From Carcharhinus amblyrhynchos (lineage: Eukaryota): a stretch of DNA of 64,000 bases. Each line of letters starts with the position of its first letter. Positions within the stretch are counted from its first letter, which is position 1. The stretch covers positions 69,688,001-69,752,000 of the forward strand of contig OZ336878.1 of assembly GCA_965287045.1 (NCBI GenBank). Direction: 5' to 3'. The position numbers and the translations under genes were made by a program. Positions 50,570-63,333 of this stretch are shown here, in pieces. The notes below the pieces were generated by a model that worked only from the letters and a program-made list of their open reading frames with translations, did not search any database and was not told the DNA's origin.

Positions 50570-51270
50570 ACAACAGTCTGACATAGTCATACTTACAGAA
50601 TACTTCGGTCAATGTCCCAGATTCTCCATTACCATCTCTGGAGGAGTGAGAGGGAGTGACCCTGGGACCCTCAACGTTTATACTGGACCCAATGAAATCT
50701 GATGGCAGTAGATCAAATAGACAGGCACACCTCTTGCTGATTACCATTTTCTGTCTTCCTTCAACCAATGAATCAGTACTCTGCTATGTTGAATGCCGAC
50801 GCCAGCAACTATTCGTTTCGTGACTGTACAGCACCACCATTGACCAAGCTGGCTGAGTCATGAATGACATATCTGCCAGACAGGGCTTATAGCAACAGAA
50901 GAAAAAAAATCTACTTGACCCCATCCTTACCAGTCTACGGATGCACCTATCCATGGTGTTGTTGGCAGGGTTGATGATCAACACAGAATCCTTCGGGAGA
51001 TGAAAAGCCATCTTCATACTGAGGAGCATCGCCCCCATTGTTTTTTTGTGACACTATCACCGTTCTAAATGCGTTAGACACAGAACAAATCTAGCAGCTC
51101 AAAACCAAATACCATGAGGCAATGGGGGCCATCATTAGAGTTGTATTTCGCCACAAGCTGCAATCTCATGATCTGACGTACCTCATCCTCCATTACTATC
51201 AAGCTGGGTGACCAGTTACGGTTAAATGAAAAGTGTGGAAGAGCATACCAAGAGCAACATCAGGCACACT
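50570..51270 (+). mobile_element. Decayed LINE endonuclease-region fragment
   Basis: DIVILTE-like start at ~50580 and NLLD.ILT-like motif at ~50908; heavily frameshifted. Confidence 0.5.
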
Positions 51271-51841
51271 TTCCAGATTCGGTGTCCTGGAGAGGGTTCA
51301 CCTGTCAGCCTCAGAATACTCTTGGAACTTCATCTTCCAGCCTCAAGAGTGCTCCTAGATATCCATCTTCATTTTCATGAAATTCACCTTCTTTCTTGAA
51401 TAGTGAGTCAGTGATGTTGGGCACCTTTATAATATAGTGCCTAGATAAGATGGTGGATCACTTGCCAGCAGGCCTGCCCTGCTTGGAATATTATGCAAAA
51501 CACATGGTTGATTAGTTAATGTGGTCAGGGACAGATGACTTGATACGTTTTGCCTCTGTGGATGGAAACACTCCTCATTCCCACCCCACCATGACACTTT
51601 GCCCTAGAATGGGAGAATTTCACCCATTTTTCAGTCAGTAGGGTGAACAGCTGATCCAACTCAACCTCCCCTTGCGGCCTCCAACATCACAGGAACCAGT
51701 CTACAGTCAATTCAATTCGTAATACGTAACAGAAAATTTGTATCTTCAGCTGATGTAGCACACACAAAGTGACCATATGTCTGTAAAATTTTATTTTAAG
51801 AAAAATCATGTCTGCATTCTGATTGTTCTTCCTTTCACCAG

Positions 51842-51953
51842 GAATGTTTATAAAGATTATCGCTTTCTGGAACTTGCTTGTGACTCTCAGGAGGAAGTAG
51901 ATAGTTGGAAGGCATCATTTCTTCGAGCTGGTGTTTATCCAGATAAATCCACT
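51842..51953 (+). CDS. dnm3: Dynamin-3 internal exon, end of PH domain ([38 protein letters not shown])
   Basis: Acceptor ...cctttcaccag and donor gtaagt; 112 nt, phase 2-0. [11 protein letters not shown] and VYPDKS are DNM3-type residues (DNM1 has YRQLELACET/YPER, DNM2 has LRQIELACDS/YPEK). Confidence 0.96.
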
Positions 51954-53728
51954 GTAAGTTGCATTTTTTTTAAAAAAATACTGGTATGGTTTCAACCTTA
52001 AGTTTAAATATATGAAAATAAAGTGAGACAGAAGAAGTTTGACTAATAAAAATTGTGTAACTGTTGTACCTTTTGTATTTCATTTATGGATAGGCACACT
52101 ACAAAGTGGGAAAGCAAGATAGTGAGTTACTTTGATTGACATTATCACCGTTTATTTTTAATTGTCAAAAAGACATAGAAAATACTATAAGCAAAAACGT
52201 TCTCTATGCATTTCCAGAGTATTTAGTTAGTTGCGCACCAGAAATGTCTGAATGTATCTTGCTCACAAAATATTGTCGTTATTTGTTAATGCTTTCTTAT
52301 ATAAACTCAAGAAAGCCTATTTTTCAATATTGTAAAGGACTCCACCTGGGTTTTACAGCTGTTTGTAGTTATCGAAGTAGTATTTTAAAACAAATCTTTA
52401 GAGAATGATATGAATGCATTTGAAACAATAAGTATTGTAATTTTTTTTCAAACGAAAGGCTGCTTAATTATTATTAGCCATTGCGTATTAGTGTTCCTCT
52501 GATTGGCTTCTGAAAAGAAAATGGTGATGGGGATGGATGTAGAGTCTGCCTAAATTTTGGATAAGTAAAATAAATTAGCAGGAAAGGAATGATATAATGT
52601 TGAGTTCATGTGGTATTCCAACTTCGTAAAACCCGTGACAAATCTGCAACTATCTGGTGTGGATCGTCTGAAAAAAGCTGTCAGTGAATGTTGGGAGGAA
52701 TCATTCAAATCAAACCTCTGGTATGTTGTGTTTAGTTATAATTTGCAAATGTCACATGCTACTGTAGAGCTATTTTACAGGTTTGAGTGTTATTTTAAGG
52801 TAAGGGTAGATCCATAAAACAATTGTTTGATTGTAGTTTGTCTCATAATTTAAATTGCACTGTAACTCCACAAATATTTTTAAAAAATGGATTGGCATCC
52901 ACACTCTGATGTTAATGTTGAATAATTGATCACTTATATTGTTTGATATTTTACTTTTCATGGGTTCAGTTTAAATATTTCTGTTGGAATGATTTTGATG
53001 TAATTTCATTTTGAGTTGTCTTCCCTTGGTGCTTGTTCTGAAATTTGTATGTTTTATCATATTTTGTTATTCTTAATGGCCTTTTAGTCGTGCTTAAAAC
53101 TCGTACCTAGTTTTCCCTTTTTAAATAAGCTAATGTGCTGTGTTCACCAATGGCTTGTGTAAGGAATCAATGAGGTAATGTAAAGTAAAACGCTGCCAAC
53201 TTCCTTTTTGGCATTGGGAAATCATTGCATGTCTCTCATTTATCAAATGAAAAAATATGTTTCTGTGGAGTAACTTTGTCTTAACATTTTCAGAAGTTTA
53301 ATTGCAGCTTTGTTTCTCAATTTTGTTTTTAAGCTGCGTTGATTATCTGCCTAAAATTTGGCTTCTGAACCTGGAGTCATACTCTCTTCTGCTTTCATTT
53401 AAAATGGATAAGTCATAACAAACATTTTGCAATTTCTATTAACTATCAGAAAGGGAAAGATTTCAATGTTTGAAAGTTTTTTTTTACTGCCAGTAAATTG
53501 GAAAAATAAAGACAATTTTTATTTGTTATATTGAGGTAAGAATGTTTCTGACACATCATCCACTCAAAGAGCAGTATGGAAGCATCCCCATTGGTTAGTA
53601 TCATTTGCCTCGCAGTCATTGAACATTCCAGGAGGTATTAATTGGCTGGAGATGGAACATCATGATCAAGTCCTGCCTCAGAGAACTGTTAGCCAATCAG
53701 ATTGGCCAGCAAATCTGTAAGCACAGCA

Positions 53729-55208
53729 ATGGGGAAGTGCCGGGAGATTGGAAAACAGCTAATGTTACGCCGCTGTTTAAAAAAGGTAGCAGACAAAAGG
53801 CAGGGAATTATAGGCCCGTTAGCTTAACGTCTGTAGTTGGAAAAATGCTAGAATCCATCATCAAAGAAGAAATAGCAAGACACCTAGAAAAGAACGGTTT
53901 GATCAAGCAGACGCAGCACGGATTCGTGAAGGGGAAGTCATGTTTAACGAATTTATTGGATTTTTATGAGGATGTGACTGGTGCGGTAGACAGAGGGGAA
54001 CCGGTGGACATGGGGTTTTTAGATTTCCAGAAGGCGTTCGATAAGGTGCCTCACAAAAGGTTGCTGTAGAAGGTTAGGGTACACAGAGTTGGGAGTAAAA
54101 TGTTAGCGTGGATTGAGGATTGGCTGTCTAACAGGAAGCAGAGAGTTGGAATAAATGGGTGCTTTTCTGGTTGGCAGTTGGTGACTAATGGCATGCCGCA
54201 GGGATCGGTGCTGGGGCCTCAACTGTTTACCATATACATAGACGATCTGGAGGAGGGGGCTGAGTGTAGGGTAACAAAGTTTGCTGATGACACGAAGATG
54301 AGCAGAAAAGTGAATTGCGCGGAGGATGTGGAAAATCTGCAGAGAGATTTGGATTGACTGAGTGAGTGGGCGAGGACCTGGCAGATGGAGGTTATCCACT
54401 TTGGAAGAAATAATAGCAGGATGGAATATTATTTAAATGGTGAAAAACTGCAGCATGCTACTGTGCAGAGGGACCTGGGGTCCTTGTGCACGAATCACAA
54501 AAACTCAGTCTGCTGGTGCAGCAGGTGATCAAGAAGGCGAATGGAATGTTGGCCTTTATAGCGAGGGGGATAGAATATAAAAGTAGGGAGGTCTTGCTGC
54601 AACCGTACAGGGCACTGGTGAGGCCGAGCTGGAGTACTGTGTGCAGTTTTGGTCCCCTTATTTGCGAAAGGATATATTAGCCTTGGAGGGAGTACAAAGA
54701 TGGTTCACCAGGCTGATACCAGAGATGAGGGGGTTAGCTTATGAGGAGAGATTGAATAGATTGGGCCTGTACCCGTTGGAGTTTAGAAGGCTGAGGGGGG
54801 ATCTTATAGAGACTTGCAAGGTAATGAATGGGCTAGATAGGGTAGAGGTAGAGAGATTCTTCCTGCTTAGAAAGGATAGCAGAACTAGAGGGCACAGCCT
54901 CAAAATAAAGGGGGGGGGGGCGGCGGGGGCACGCAGTTTAGAACAGAGTTGAGGAGGAACTTCTTCTCTCAGAGGGTGGTGAATCTCTGGAATTCTCTGC
55001 CCATTGAAGTAGTGGGGGCTACCTCGCTGAATATGTTTAAGTCACGGATAGATAGATTTCTGATCGATAAGGGAATTAAGGGTTATGGGGAGCAGGTGGG
55101 TAAGTGGAACTGTTCCACTTCAGATCAGCCATGATCTTATTGAATGGCGGGGCAGGCTCGAAGGGCTAGATGGCCTACTCCTGCTCCTATTTCTTATGCT
55201 GTTATGTT
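53729..55208 (+). mobile_element. Relatively young 5'-truncated CR1 LINE
   Basis: GEVPGDWKTANVTPLFKKG...NYRPVSLTS...DFQKAFDKVPH, PQGSVLGP, KFADD and RRLRGDLIE; few stops; retains CpGs; intact 3' tail. Confidence 0.95.
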
Positions 55209-55655
55209 TCTGGCTGAAGAAATTCCTCTTTATTTCGTCCCATCAGCCTGAGGTTGTGACCTCTGATTCTAGTTTTTCCTACTAGTGAAGACATCCTCTC
55301 CACGTCCACTCTATCCAGGCTTTGCAGTATCCTGTAAGTTTCAGTAAGATCCCCACCTCATCCTTCTAAACTCCAACGAGTACAGACCCAGAGTCTTCAA
55401 CCGTTCCTCATGTGTCAAGCTATTCATTCCAGGGGTCATTCTTGTGAACTTCCTCTGGACCCTTTCCAAGGGCAGCACATCCTTCCTTAGATACAGGGCC
55501 CAAATCTGTTCACAGTATTCCAAATGGGGTCTGACCAGAGCCTTATACAGCTTCAGAAATACGTCCCTGCTCTTGTGTTGAATGCAAGACACAAATGCTA
55601 ACATTGCATTTGCCTTCCTAACTGCCGAGTGAACCTGCATGTTAACCGTAAGAGA
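55209..55655 (-). mobile_element. CR1 LINE fragment in inverted orientation abutting the previous element
   Basis: ORF 55341-55640 reads AVRKANAMLAF...LYKALVRPHLEYCEQIW...LYSLEFRRMR. Confidence 0.9.
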
Positions 55656-55914
55656 ATCAGTCCAGGATGAGGTATGTGTAGCTGATCACATGGCAGGATG
55701 GGGAGGTAAAGGCCAGGGGGGAAGGTGAGGAAAGAGCAGTGGGGAGATGGCACCTGCAAGGGACAGACCTTGTGGGAGGTTGCCCAGTATTGAAAGGAGG
55801 CCCCTGAAGGAGCGAGCTTCCCACTTTCACCTGAGGCCTAAGCAGAGTGACTTGCCGGGTTTCCCCTTAGTTCTGAAGTCTATCCAGGGAATTTTACAGG
55901 TCCCTAACTTAATG

Positions 55915-56650
55915 AACTGCATTTGCTGATCACAGTGCAATCTCTTTTACACCAGGGGATCAGTTTGCTGAACACCATAATTCAGTTGGCAGACATGACT
56001 TTTGAGCTTCCACTTTTTCGCCACTTTAATCCTCCAGCCACATTGACCTCTATTTCCTTGACTTACACTGCTCCAACAAAGCAAGCTTAAAGAATAGCAA
56101 CTCATTTTTCCCTTAAGCACTTTAGAGTATTTTGGCCTTAACTTTGAGGTTAACGACTCTGTTTTAACAGTTGTTCCCATTTTTGATTTAATTTTTTGCT
56201 TTCTTTAATTTGACTTATTATTGTCACATGTATTGGGATACAGTGAAAAGTATTGTTTCTGTGCACTATTCAGACAAAGCATACCGTTCATAGAGCACAT
56301 AGCAGAGGAGGAAAGGAGAAGGTGTCGCATATAGTGTTGCAGTTAAAGATAGAGTGAAGAGAAAGATTCACTTTGACAGCAAGAGATGGTTACAAAGGCT
56401 GGCTATCTTCACGCCATTGCTTGTTTTGGCTGGAGACCCCATCTGGTAGAGTGATCCACATCCTAGAGGTCTACCCACTTTATCATAACCTATTCCTGCC
56501 CCCAATATCCAGTTCCCCCCAGCCCATTCTGTTCCTTACCATGTCTGTGCACTTAATTAAAACTGTGAACCTCTGGCATTTTTGAGTTCTGATGAAGTGT
56601 CTCCAACCTGGAATGATAACTTTGTTGCTTTCACCACAGACACTCCATGA
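55915..56650 (+). mobile_element. Penelope-like element 3' remnant, interrupted by a Rex1/Babar 3' end at ~56205-56370
   Basis: KLKE*QLIFPLSTL..FGLN.E at ~56083-56150 resembles the C-terminus of Penelope GIY-YIG ORFs; degenerate hammerhead core at 56585-56621. Confidence 0.6.
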
Positions 56651-56710
56651 CCGTTTTGGGCACGCTTTGAAACTTGTTCTTTAGTGCCAAGGAAAACTAA
56701 AATGTGTAGA

Positions 56711-57007
56711 CAGTGGTACAGTGGTTAGCACTGCTGCCTCACAGCGCCATGGACCCGGGTTCAATTCCCAACTTGGGTCACTATCTGTGTGGAGTCTGCA
56801 CGTTCTCCCCATGTCTGCATGGGGTTGCTCCGGTTTGCTCCCACACTCTGAAAGATGTCCTGGTTAGGTGCAGTGGCAATGCTAAATTTTCCCTCAGTGT
56901 ACCTGATCAGGGACTGGAGTGTGGCGACTAGAGGATTTTCGCAGTAATTTCATTGCAGTGTTAATGTAAGCCTACTTGTGACACTAATAAATAAACTTAA
57001 ACTTAAA
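56711..57007 (+). mobile_element. HE1/V-SINE
   Basis: GTGGTACAGTGGTTAGCACTGCTGCCTCACAGCGCC..GGGTTCAATTCCC (A/B boxes) and the same tail as the 41159 copy. Confidence 0.88.
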
Positions 57008-57497
57008 CTGGATAAAATTGCTTTGTTAACAATTAATAATTGTTCACCATTTCCTTTGCCTAAAAGTTCCTGTGTTGAACTCAGACATAGAATGGACCAA
57101 TTCTGTCTACCTTGCTCATCTAATGTTATCATATGTTCAATCTGAACAAACAAATTGCATGTAAACAGTATTATTTCTCATATTTACTGTGTAAACTTTG
57201 ACCAGCTCTAAATGCAAACTAAATGTCCTGAAGGGAGGTAAGGAACTTGGTAGCATTGTATATGTTTATTATAACATACTACACAGTGAAATTTCTCGAA
57301 CTCTAACTTCATGAATACAGGTAAGGTGTCAATGCACCTCAGCCATCTAGCATTTCAGTCGAAAATCATTTTGGACAAACTTGGCAGTTCAATGGGAGAA
57401 AGATTTTTTTTGCACCAGCACTGTCAGAGAAACATGTTGTGAAAGATGTTACTGTCATGCCTGACTTTCTTTGTATGTGTTTTTGCTTTCTGCACAG

Positions 57498-57662
57498 CCT
57501 GAGAATGAGGAGGCAGTAGGTACAGATAACTTTTCCATGGACCCTCAACTGGAGAGACAGGTGGAGACCATTCGTAACTTAGTGGAGTCTTACATGTATA
57601 TCATTAACAAGACCGTCCGAGACCTGATGCCGAAGATAATTATGCACCTTATGATAAATAAT
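57498..57662 (+). CDS. dnm3: Dynamin-3 internal exon, start of GED/stalk ([55 protein letters not shown])
   Basis: Acceptor ...tgcacag and donor gtgagt; 165 nt, phase 0-0; contains the canonical [17 protein letters not shown] motif. Confidence 0.96.
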
Positions 57663-58562
57663 GTGAGTTTTACTCTGTCAAAGAATGTCAAAGCATTCAA
57701 AAAATATATAAAGAGTACTTCATACATTTTAGAATCAAGTTAACCTATTTTTAAAATTTACATTATATATAGTAACTTTACATTTGCTATGAAAGCAAAA
57801 AAAGCTCTCCTTCTAAATTGCGACAGAAATGACTAACACATGTATTATACTCAACTGAGTTATTTAGTTTGAGAGAAAGCCAAATCATTAACAATACCTA
57901 AAACATGCTTCATGTCAGGTTCCTATGACCTCTGATGTTTTTATTAGCCCGATAAATGAATAGAGTTGTCTCCCAGTCATTGACAATAAAGATAGATGGC
58001 CAGTGGCTTGTTTAAACTGACGGGTGTCAGCCAGTCATAGATCTGGGCAAGCATTTAATTATTAGATAGCTTGTGATATATTGATGCCTAGAAATGAGGC
58101 CAGAAAATACTCTGCGATCAATCCGTTCGAAGATTGCACATTGGAGGTGCATTAAGATAGTATTTCAATGTTAAACATGTATACTTGTTCCAATTTTATA
58201 GTCACTAAAATCTTTTTATGTAGTGAGTTGTTTTGATCTGAAACATACTGAGAAGGCAGTAGAAGCAGATTCAACAGTGGGGAACTGGAGTGTCAGCTGT
58301 GACTCATGGCTGATCTGTTGATCCTCATAACCCAGAGTTTTAGGCTGGGCATCATTCCTCTGCATCTTCCCTAAAGCTTTGAAATATTTGCTGTGTGCAG
58401 GGATCAAAGTGGACATATATTCCAAGTGTGGATGTAACAAATCTTTTTAAAGCTGACTATAACTTTATTTTCCAAGAAGAAAAAGATTTGGATTTATTTG
58501 GCTTCTTTCTGAAACTAAATTATTCTTTGTGCATTTTTTTTGCATGCATGATGTAACTCATT

Positions 58563-58689
58563 GGGTGGGATTTTCCAGCATAACTCATGCCAAAACTTGA
58601 AAATTCTGCCCCAGGTCAATGGACCTTTGCATAGTTCACCCTTTGCCCACTACAATTCTCGTGCTGGGTGACGTGGGAAAATTCGCCCC
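58563..58689. mobile_element. MITE with ATT TSD, same family as 29424
   Basis: ATT|GGGTGGGATTTT ... AAAATTCGCCCC|ATT. Confidence 0.75.
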
Positions 58690-59404
58690 ATTGATTCAGC
58701 TCAATCTGTGCAGTTGAAACACATTATCAGCTACAATGGCATATGAAAGTAATGAATAGAAGTTGAATGATTGTTTGCTTTAATATGAACATAACATCAT
58801 GGATATTTTATACTGAATGGCTATTATTGAAATTGGGATGGAACTGAATCTAGGTTTGGAAAGTTCTCAGAAGTGATGCTAACATGAACATCAAGTGCCA
58901 ACTTGATTTTCCACCAAACATATTACAACTATTTCTACCAAATTATTTCTATCACATTAAGAAAATAATATTGAAATTTTCAGAACTGCTATACTAATCA
59001 TAAAAATATTGTGTTTTATTCTACTTTCTAATATTCATGCCGCATTTTTCACTCTGCAATTGAACCTTCACCAACAGTGACGCAGACGAATGCAAGGTTT
59101 AAGAGAGGAGTCAAAATCCTAAATCAACCCTTTAATGTTACTGTAGTTGACAATGTCTACCATTAACTGATAGGATATCTAGATTCTACCTATTCCGTGA
59201 AATCAGGAAACGGAAAATAGCGACTCCAAAATCATTCACATCATACTGTGTCAGGTTTAAAGATTAATTCCTTCACTGTGGTCTTAAAACTCAAGTGACT
59301 GTTTAATTTTGTTGAAACAGTCTATTATCAATTACACCATCCTGTATGACTCCAAATTGAGTAGCTGACCTCCAATTTTCATTCACAGAGTCTGCCTACT
59401 TCCA

Positions 59405-60100
59405 CAAGAACACAAGAAATAGAAGCAGGAGAAGGCCACCAGACCCTTCACGCCTGCCCTGCCATTCAATACAATCAAGGCTGATCAATGCTGGCTTCAG
59501 CGCCTTTTCTGTACCATTTCCCCATTACTCTCTATTCCTTGATCTGTCAAATATTTATCCACCTCCACTTTAAATGCTTCTAATTATCCAACCTCCATCA
59601 CTCTTTGGCGTAGAGAATTCCAGAGATTCAACACCATCTGTGAGAAGAAATTTTTACGCATCTCAATTTAAATGACCAGGCGTTTATCTTGTAGCTATGT
59701 CCCCTTCCTTGAGACTCTGGCACTTGTGGAAACATCTAACCATCTACCCTGTCAAATCCCCTTAGGATCTTATATGTTTGAATAAGGTCACCGCTCACTT
59801 TTCTAAACTCCAAGGAATATAGAACTAGGCTGTTTAGTCTCTCTTGATTGGATAACCCTCTCATCCCAGCAATTAGCTGGTGAATCTCCTGTGGGCTGCC
59901 TCCCATACTTTTTAGGTATGGGGACTAAAACTGTATGCATTACTTTCAGTGAGGCCCCTGTCCAATTGCAACAAAACCTCCCTGTCTTTAAACTCCAACC
60001 CTTTGGCAATAGACAAAATGCCATTTGCCTTCTTAACTACTTGTTGGACTTGTCCATTAGCTTTTTATGATTCATGCATTAGAATACCTAAATCTCACTA
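59405..60100 (-). mobile_element. CR1 LINE 3' fragment
   Basis: Reverse-complement CR1 tail (AAGAACACAAGAAATAGAAGCAGGAG) and decayed KKANGIL and RGDLIQ motifs. Confidence 0.85.
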
Positions 60101-60667
60101 TATTTCACTCCACTTCTGTCATATTACCTACTGCTGACAATGAAACACTCGTTATCAGGAGCCTTTGACTCCTGCATGCTTGACTACTCCAGTGTCTACT
60201 GGATAGTTTCTCATTAACTAATCTCCATAAATCTGATGTCAAGCAGAATTTTGCTTCTGGTACTCCATTCACATATCCTGTTATATTCTTTCTTGAGATG
60301 TGAGCATTGCAGGTAAGGCCAGCATTAGTTGCCCAGCCCTATTTGCCCTTTAATAGGTGGTGGTGGTGGTAAGCCATTTACTTCAATCACTATGACAAAA
60401 TATGAATGAAAATGATAAACCTAAAAGCACAAAAAGTGAGGGCATTTGTGCAACAGTTACTATTGCTTTTAACTCATTGATTGCCGATGCAGATTCCTTT
60501 CCAGTTTTGACAAAATAGCAAAATGCTGATACTTGATTCAGTTTTAGATAAATTAATTGGACTTTTCTGTCATCTTCTAAACTGAGGACAGCTTTTACAC
60601 ATTCCAGATGGACTTGGCCATGAATTTAGCAATATATTTATGTAATTTTTTCAATAATGTTCCATAG

Positions 60668-60894
60668 ACGAAGAACTTTATCAACACTGAGCTTTTAGCA
60701 AAACTGTACTCCTCAGAGGACCAGAACACCTTGATGAAGGAATCACCTGAGCAGGCCCAAAAGCGTGATGAAACACTACGTACATACAATGCCATCAATG
60801 AAGCACTGAACATTATTGGTGATATCAACACAAATACAATAACTGTTCCGTTGCCTCCTCCTGTGAATGATTCCTGGCTACATTCAGACTGCAG
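60668..60894 (+). CDS. dnm3: Dynamin-3 internal exon, GED C-terminus and start of proline-rich region ([26 protein letters not shown]...[16 protein letters not shown])
   Basis: Acceptor ...ttccatag and donor gtatga; 227 nt, phase 0-2; [11 protein letters not shown] matches DNM3. The gene continues beyond both ends of the window. Confidence 0.95.
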
Positions 60895-61330
60895 GTATGA
60901 ATGCAGAAGTGACAAGTTTAGGTGAGAGCTTCTGGCCAGAATTCTTTGCCGTTCATGCCAGCGGGATGCTCTAGTGAACCAGATTTGGCTGAGTGCCAAA
61001 TTCTCCATCCTTGCTTGCCGAGGTGGTGGGGTGTGAACGCCTGGAGAGTTCTGACCTGAGATTAATTTATCATCTATTCTATCTTTTTTTTCAGGGAATT
61101 GTACTCATGTATTTATTTTAAACAACTGAATGTTTGTTTCACAGAAGAATGATGGTTAGACTCATGAATTCAAATTCCCATAGTTAGAATTAAGCTGGAT
61201 GTATTCATCCCCACCACTAGGTCCTCATCTCAACCTCAGAAGTAAGTCCAACTGCAATTATAGATTTGTTATTGCCTTTTGTTTGCATTGTAGACCTGAA
61301 TTTGTCCTTATAATTCACAGAACTCTTATT

Positions 61331-61690
61331 CATAGAATCACAGAATCTCTACAGTGCAAAAGGGTGCCATTTGACCCACTCAGTCTGCACTGACTCTCCA
61401 ACAAAGCATCTTACGTAGGTCCATCCCTGCCCTATCTCCGTAGCCCCACACATTTAGCCTGTTAATCCCCCTAATCTACACACGTGGGGCATTAAGAGAC
61501 AATATTGCATGGCCAACCCACCTAACCTGCTCATCTTTGGACTGTGGGAGGAAATTGGAGCACCCAGAGGAAACCCTAGCAGACACAAGGAAAACATGTA
61601 AACTCTACACAGACAGTGACTAGAAGCCAGAATCGAACTCAAGTCCCTGGCGCTGTGAGGCAGCAGTATTATGTCCATCCTGTCCATATG
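61331..61690 (-). mobile_element. HE1/V-SINE
   Basis: Reverse-complement head CCCTGGCGCTGTGAGGCAGCAGT and a CR1-like (ATAGAATC) tail. Confidence 0.85.
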
Positions 61691-63208
61691 TCCCGCTGAT
61701 TTTTTTTCTCACACTTATTTAGCTTGCTTGGATTTTCCCCTTCTACCCTGAACTTTTCCTGCTCCAAAACATAGTCCCAGTTTCCCATGAAACAGATGCC
61801 CTCCCTTCACCACGACGCTTCCCACCATGGATTGACAATCTTAACATTTCTCTTATATGGAAGAAATTCATCCTGCTTACTTAGCTCTAAGCCGCAGATA
61901 TGTCTATCCCAGCTGGGAGAGCAGCCTGAGCTCTCAGTCAGAACAGTTAGCAATGTGAAGTGAGCGCAGCTATAAAATTCTAATAAAAATTTGCAAAAAT
62001 AAAGTCTTCAATTTTAATAGAAAACAGATTTCTGATTCATCACAATAAACTCATCCAAACTCATTGAATTGCTTCAGGAATGATGCTCAAAAAAATCACC
62101 CTTCCCACTTCGATAAGTCAAACAAGTCTCTTGAATGCTTTTACAGCTTTATATGTATACCTTTGATCAGTTGTACTCCTTAGTGTCATATTTCCTGGCT
62201 CCCAGATTTTCAGTAACTCTAGTGTTCCACACAGTAGTTATTCTTACGGGGGCGGGCAGCTTGGAGGCGGGGGGGGACGGTGGTTGCAGTTAGCTTAGTT
62301 GGCTAGACAGCTAGCGTGTGGATCAGATTATCAACAACAGGAAGGGATTCAATCCCTGTACTGTCTAAGGTAGACTCAGGGCCTGCCTTCTCACCCCTAC
62401 CCATTGTTAAAAAAAAATCACAGCACTTTGCCATGATTCAGTGAATATTCACCAAGGACTTGCCTTCAGGCAGCAAACTGAGGAAGAAGGAGACGTTATG
62501 CCTATAAGCCTCAATCCTGGTCCTAACAAAATATGCATAGAGTGCTTTCTTTTAAATGTGTCAGTTGATTCATTTGTTTTAGTTGGGACCACTTCTTTCT
62601 GCCCACTGCTCTAAGGAGCAGAGGTATTCTTTCTAACCATTTGCATTCCCTGAGGCTTAACTTGTACACTCAATTCCAGTTCTGTTCTCTCGTTACATGT
62701 CAAGTAATCACAATTTTAAAACAATGGCTAATATCACTTCTCAAACTACTTTTGTTGAATTGGAATAATTTTAGTTTCAGACTAGCCCTAGACTTCAGAA
62801 CCAGGCATGCTACTCTTTTCTTAATCTTGCACAACGTATCAATGTTCTTTTGGAAGATATTCCGAACATTATATGGGAACATTTTTTGTTTTGGTTCCTC
62901 TGGCTGTTCAGCATAGGTCGTTAAAAACAAATATTCTGTACCTCAATATTGATGTTCATTTTTGTTCTAGTGAAAATCCTCTACTTGCCTCCCGAGGCGG
63001 AATTTTGCAAGTCTTACTCTATCTAAACTGCTTTATTGACCTTAAATAATCTCTAAATATTTTAGTCACCATCTGTTTTTCTCTGAAAGACTTACTGTGG
63101 TTTTTTTTAAAAGCTAAATAAAGATTACAATATATAAGGGAACTCTGAACAAAGTAAGCGACGAAACAAAATCAAGATCTTATAAATCATTTGCTTTTTT
63201 TAAACATG

Positions 63209-63333
63209 GGGCACAATTTTATGGCCTCACTCAAACGAGATCAGAAATTCCCACCCAAGATCAACGGACATTTCCGTTGTCCACCCCTCGCCCGCTCTGA
63301 TTCTGTGGCGGGCAGGGCAATAAAATTCTGGCA
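63209..63333. mobile_element. MITE, same family as 29424
   Basis: GGGCACAATTTT ... AAAATTCTGGCA with the shared internal AAATTCCCACCCAAGATCAACGGA. Confidence 0.7.

Noticed and set aside
60895-60925. Read-through of the GED exon to a stop ([10 protein letters not shown]), suggesting a PRD-less isoform
   Set aside because: A good donor (AG|gtatga) is present at the conserved position, and short read-through to a stop is expected by chance.
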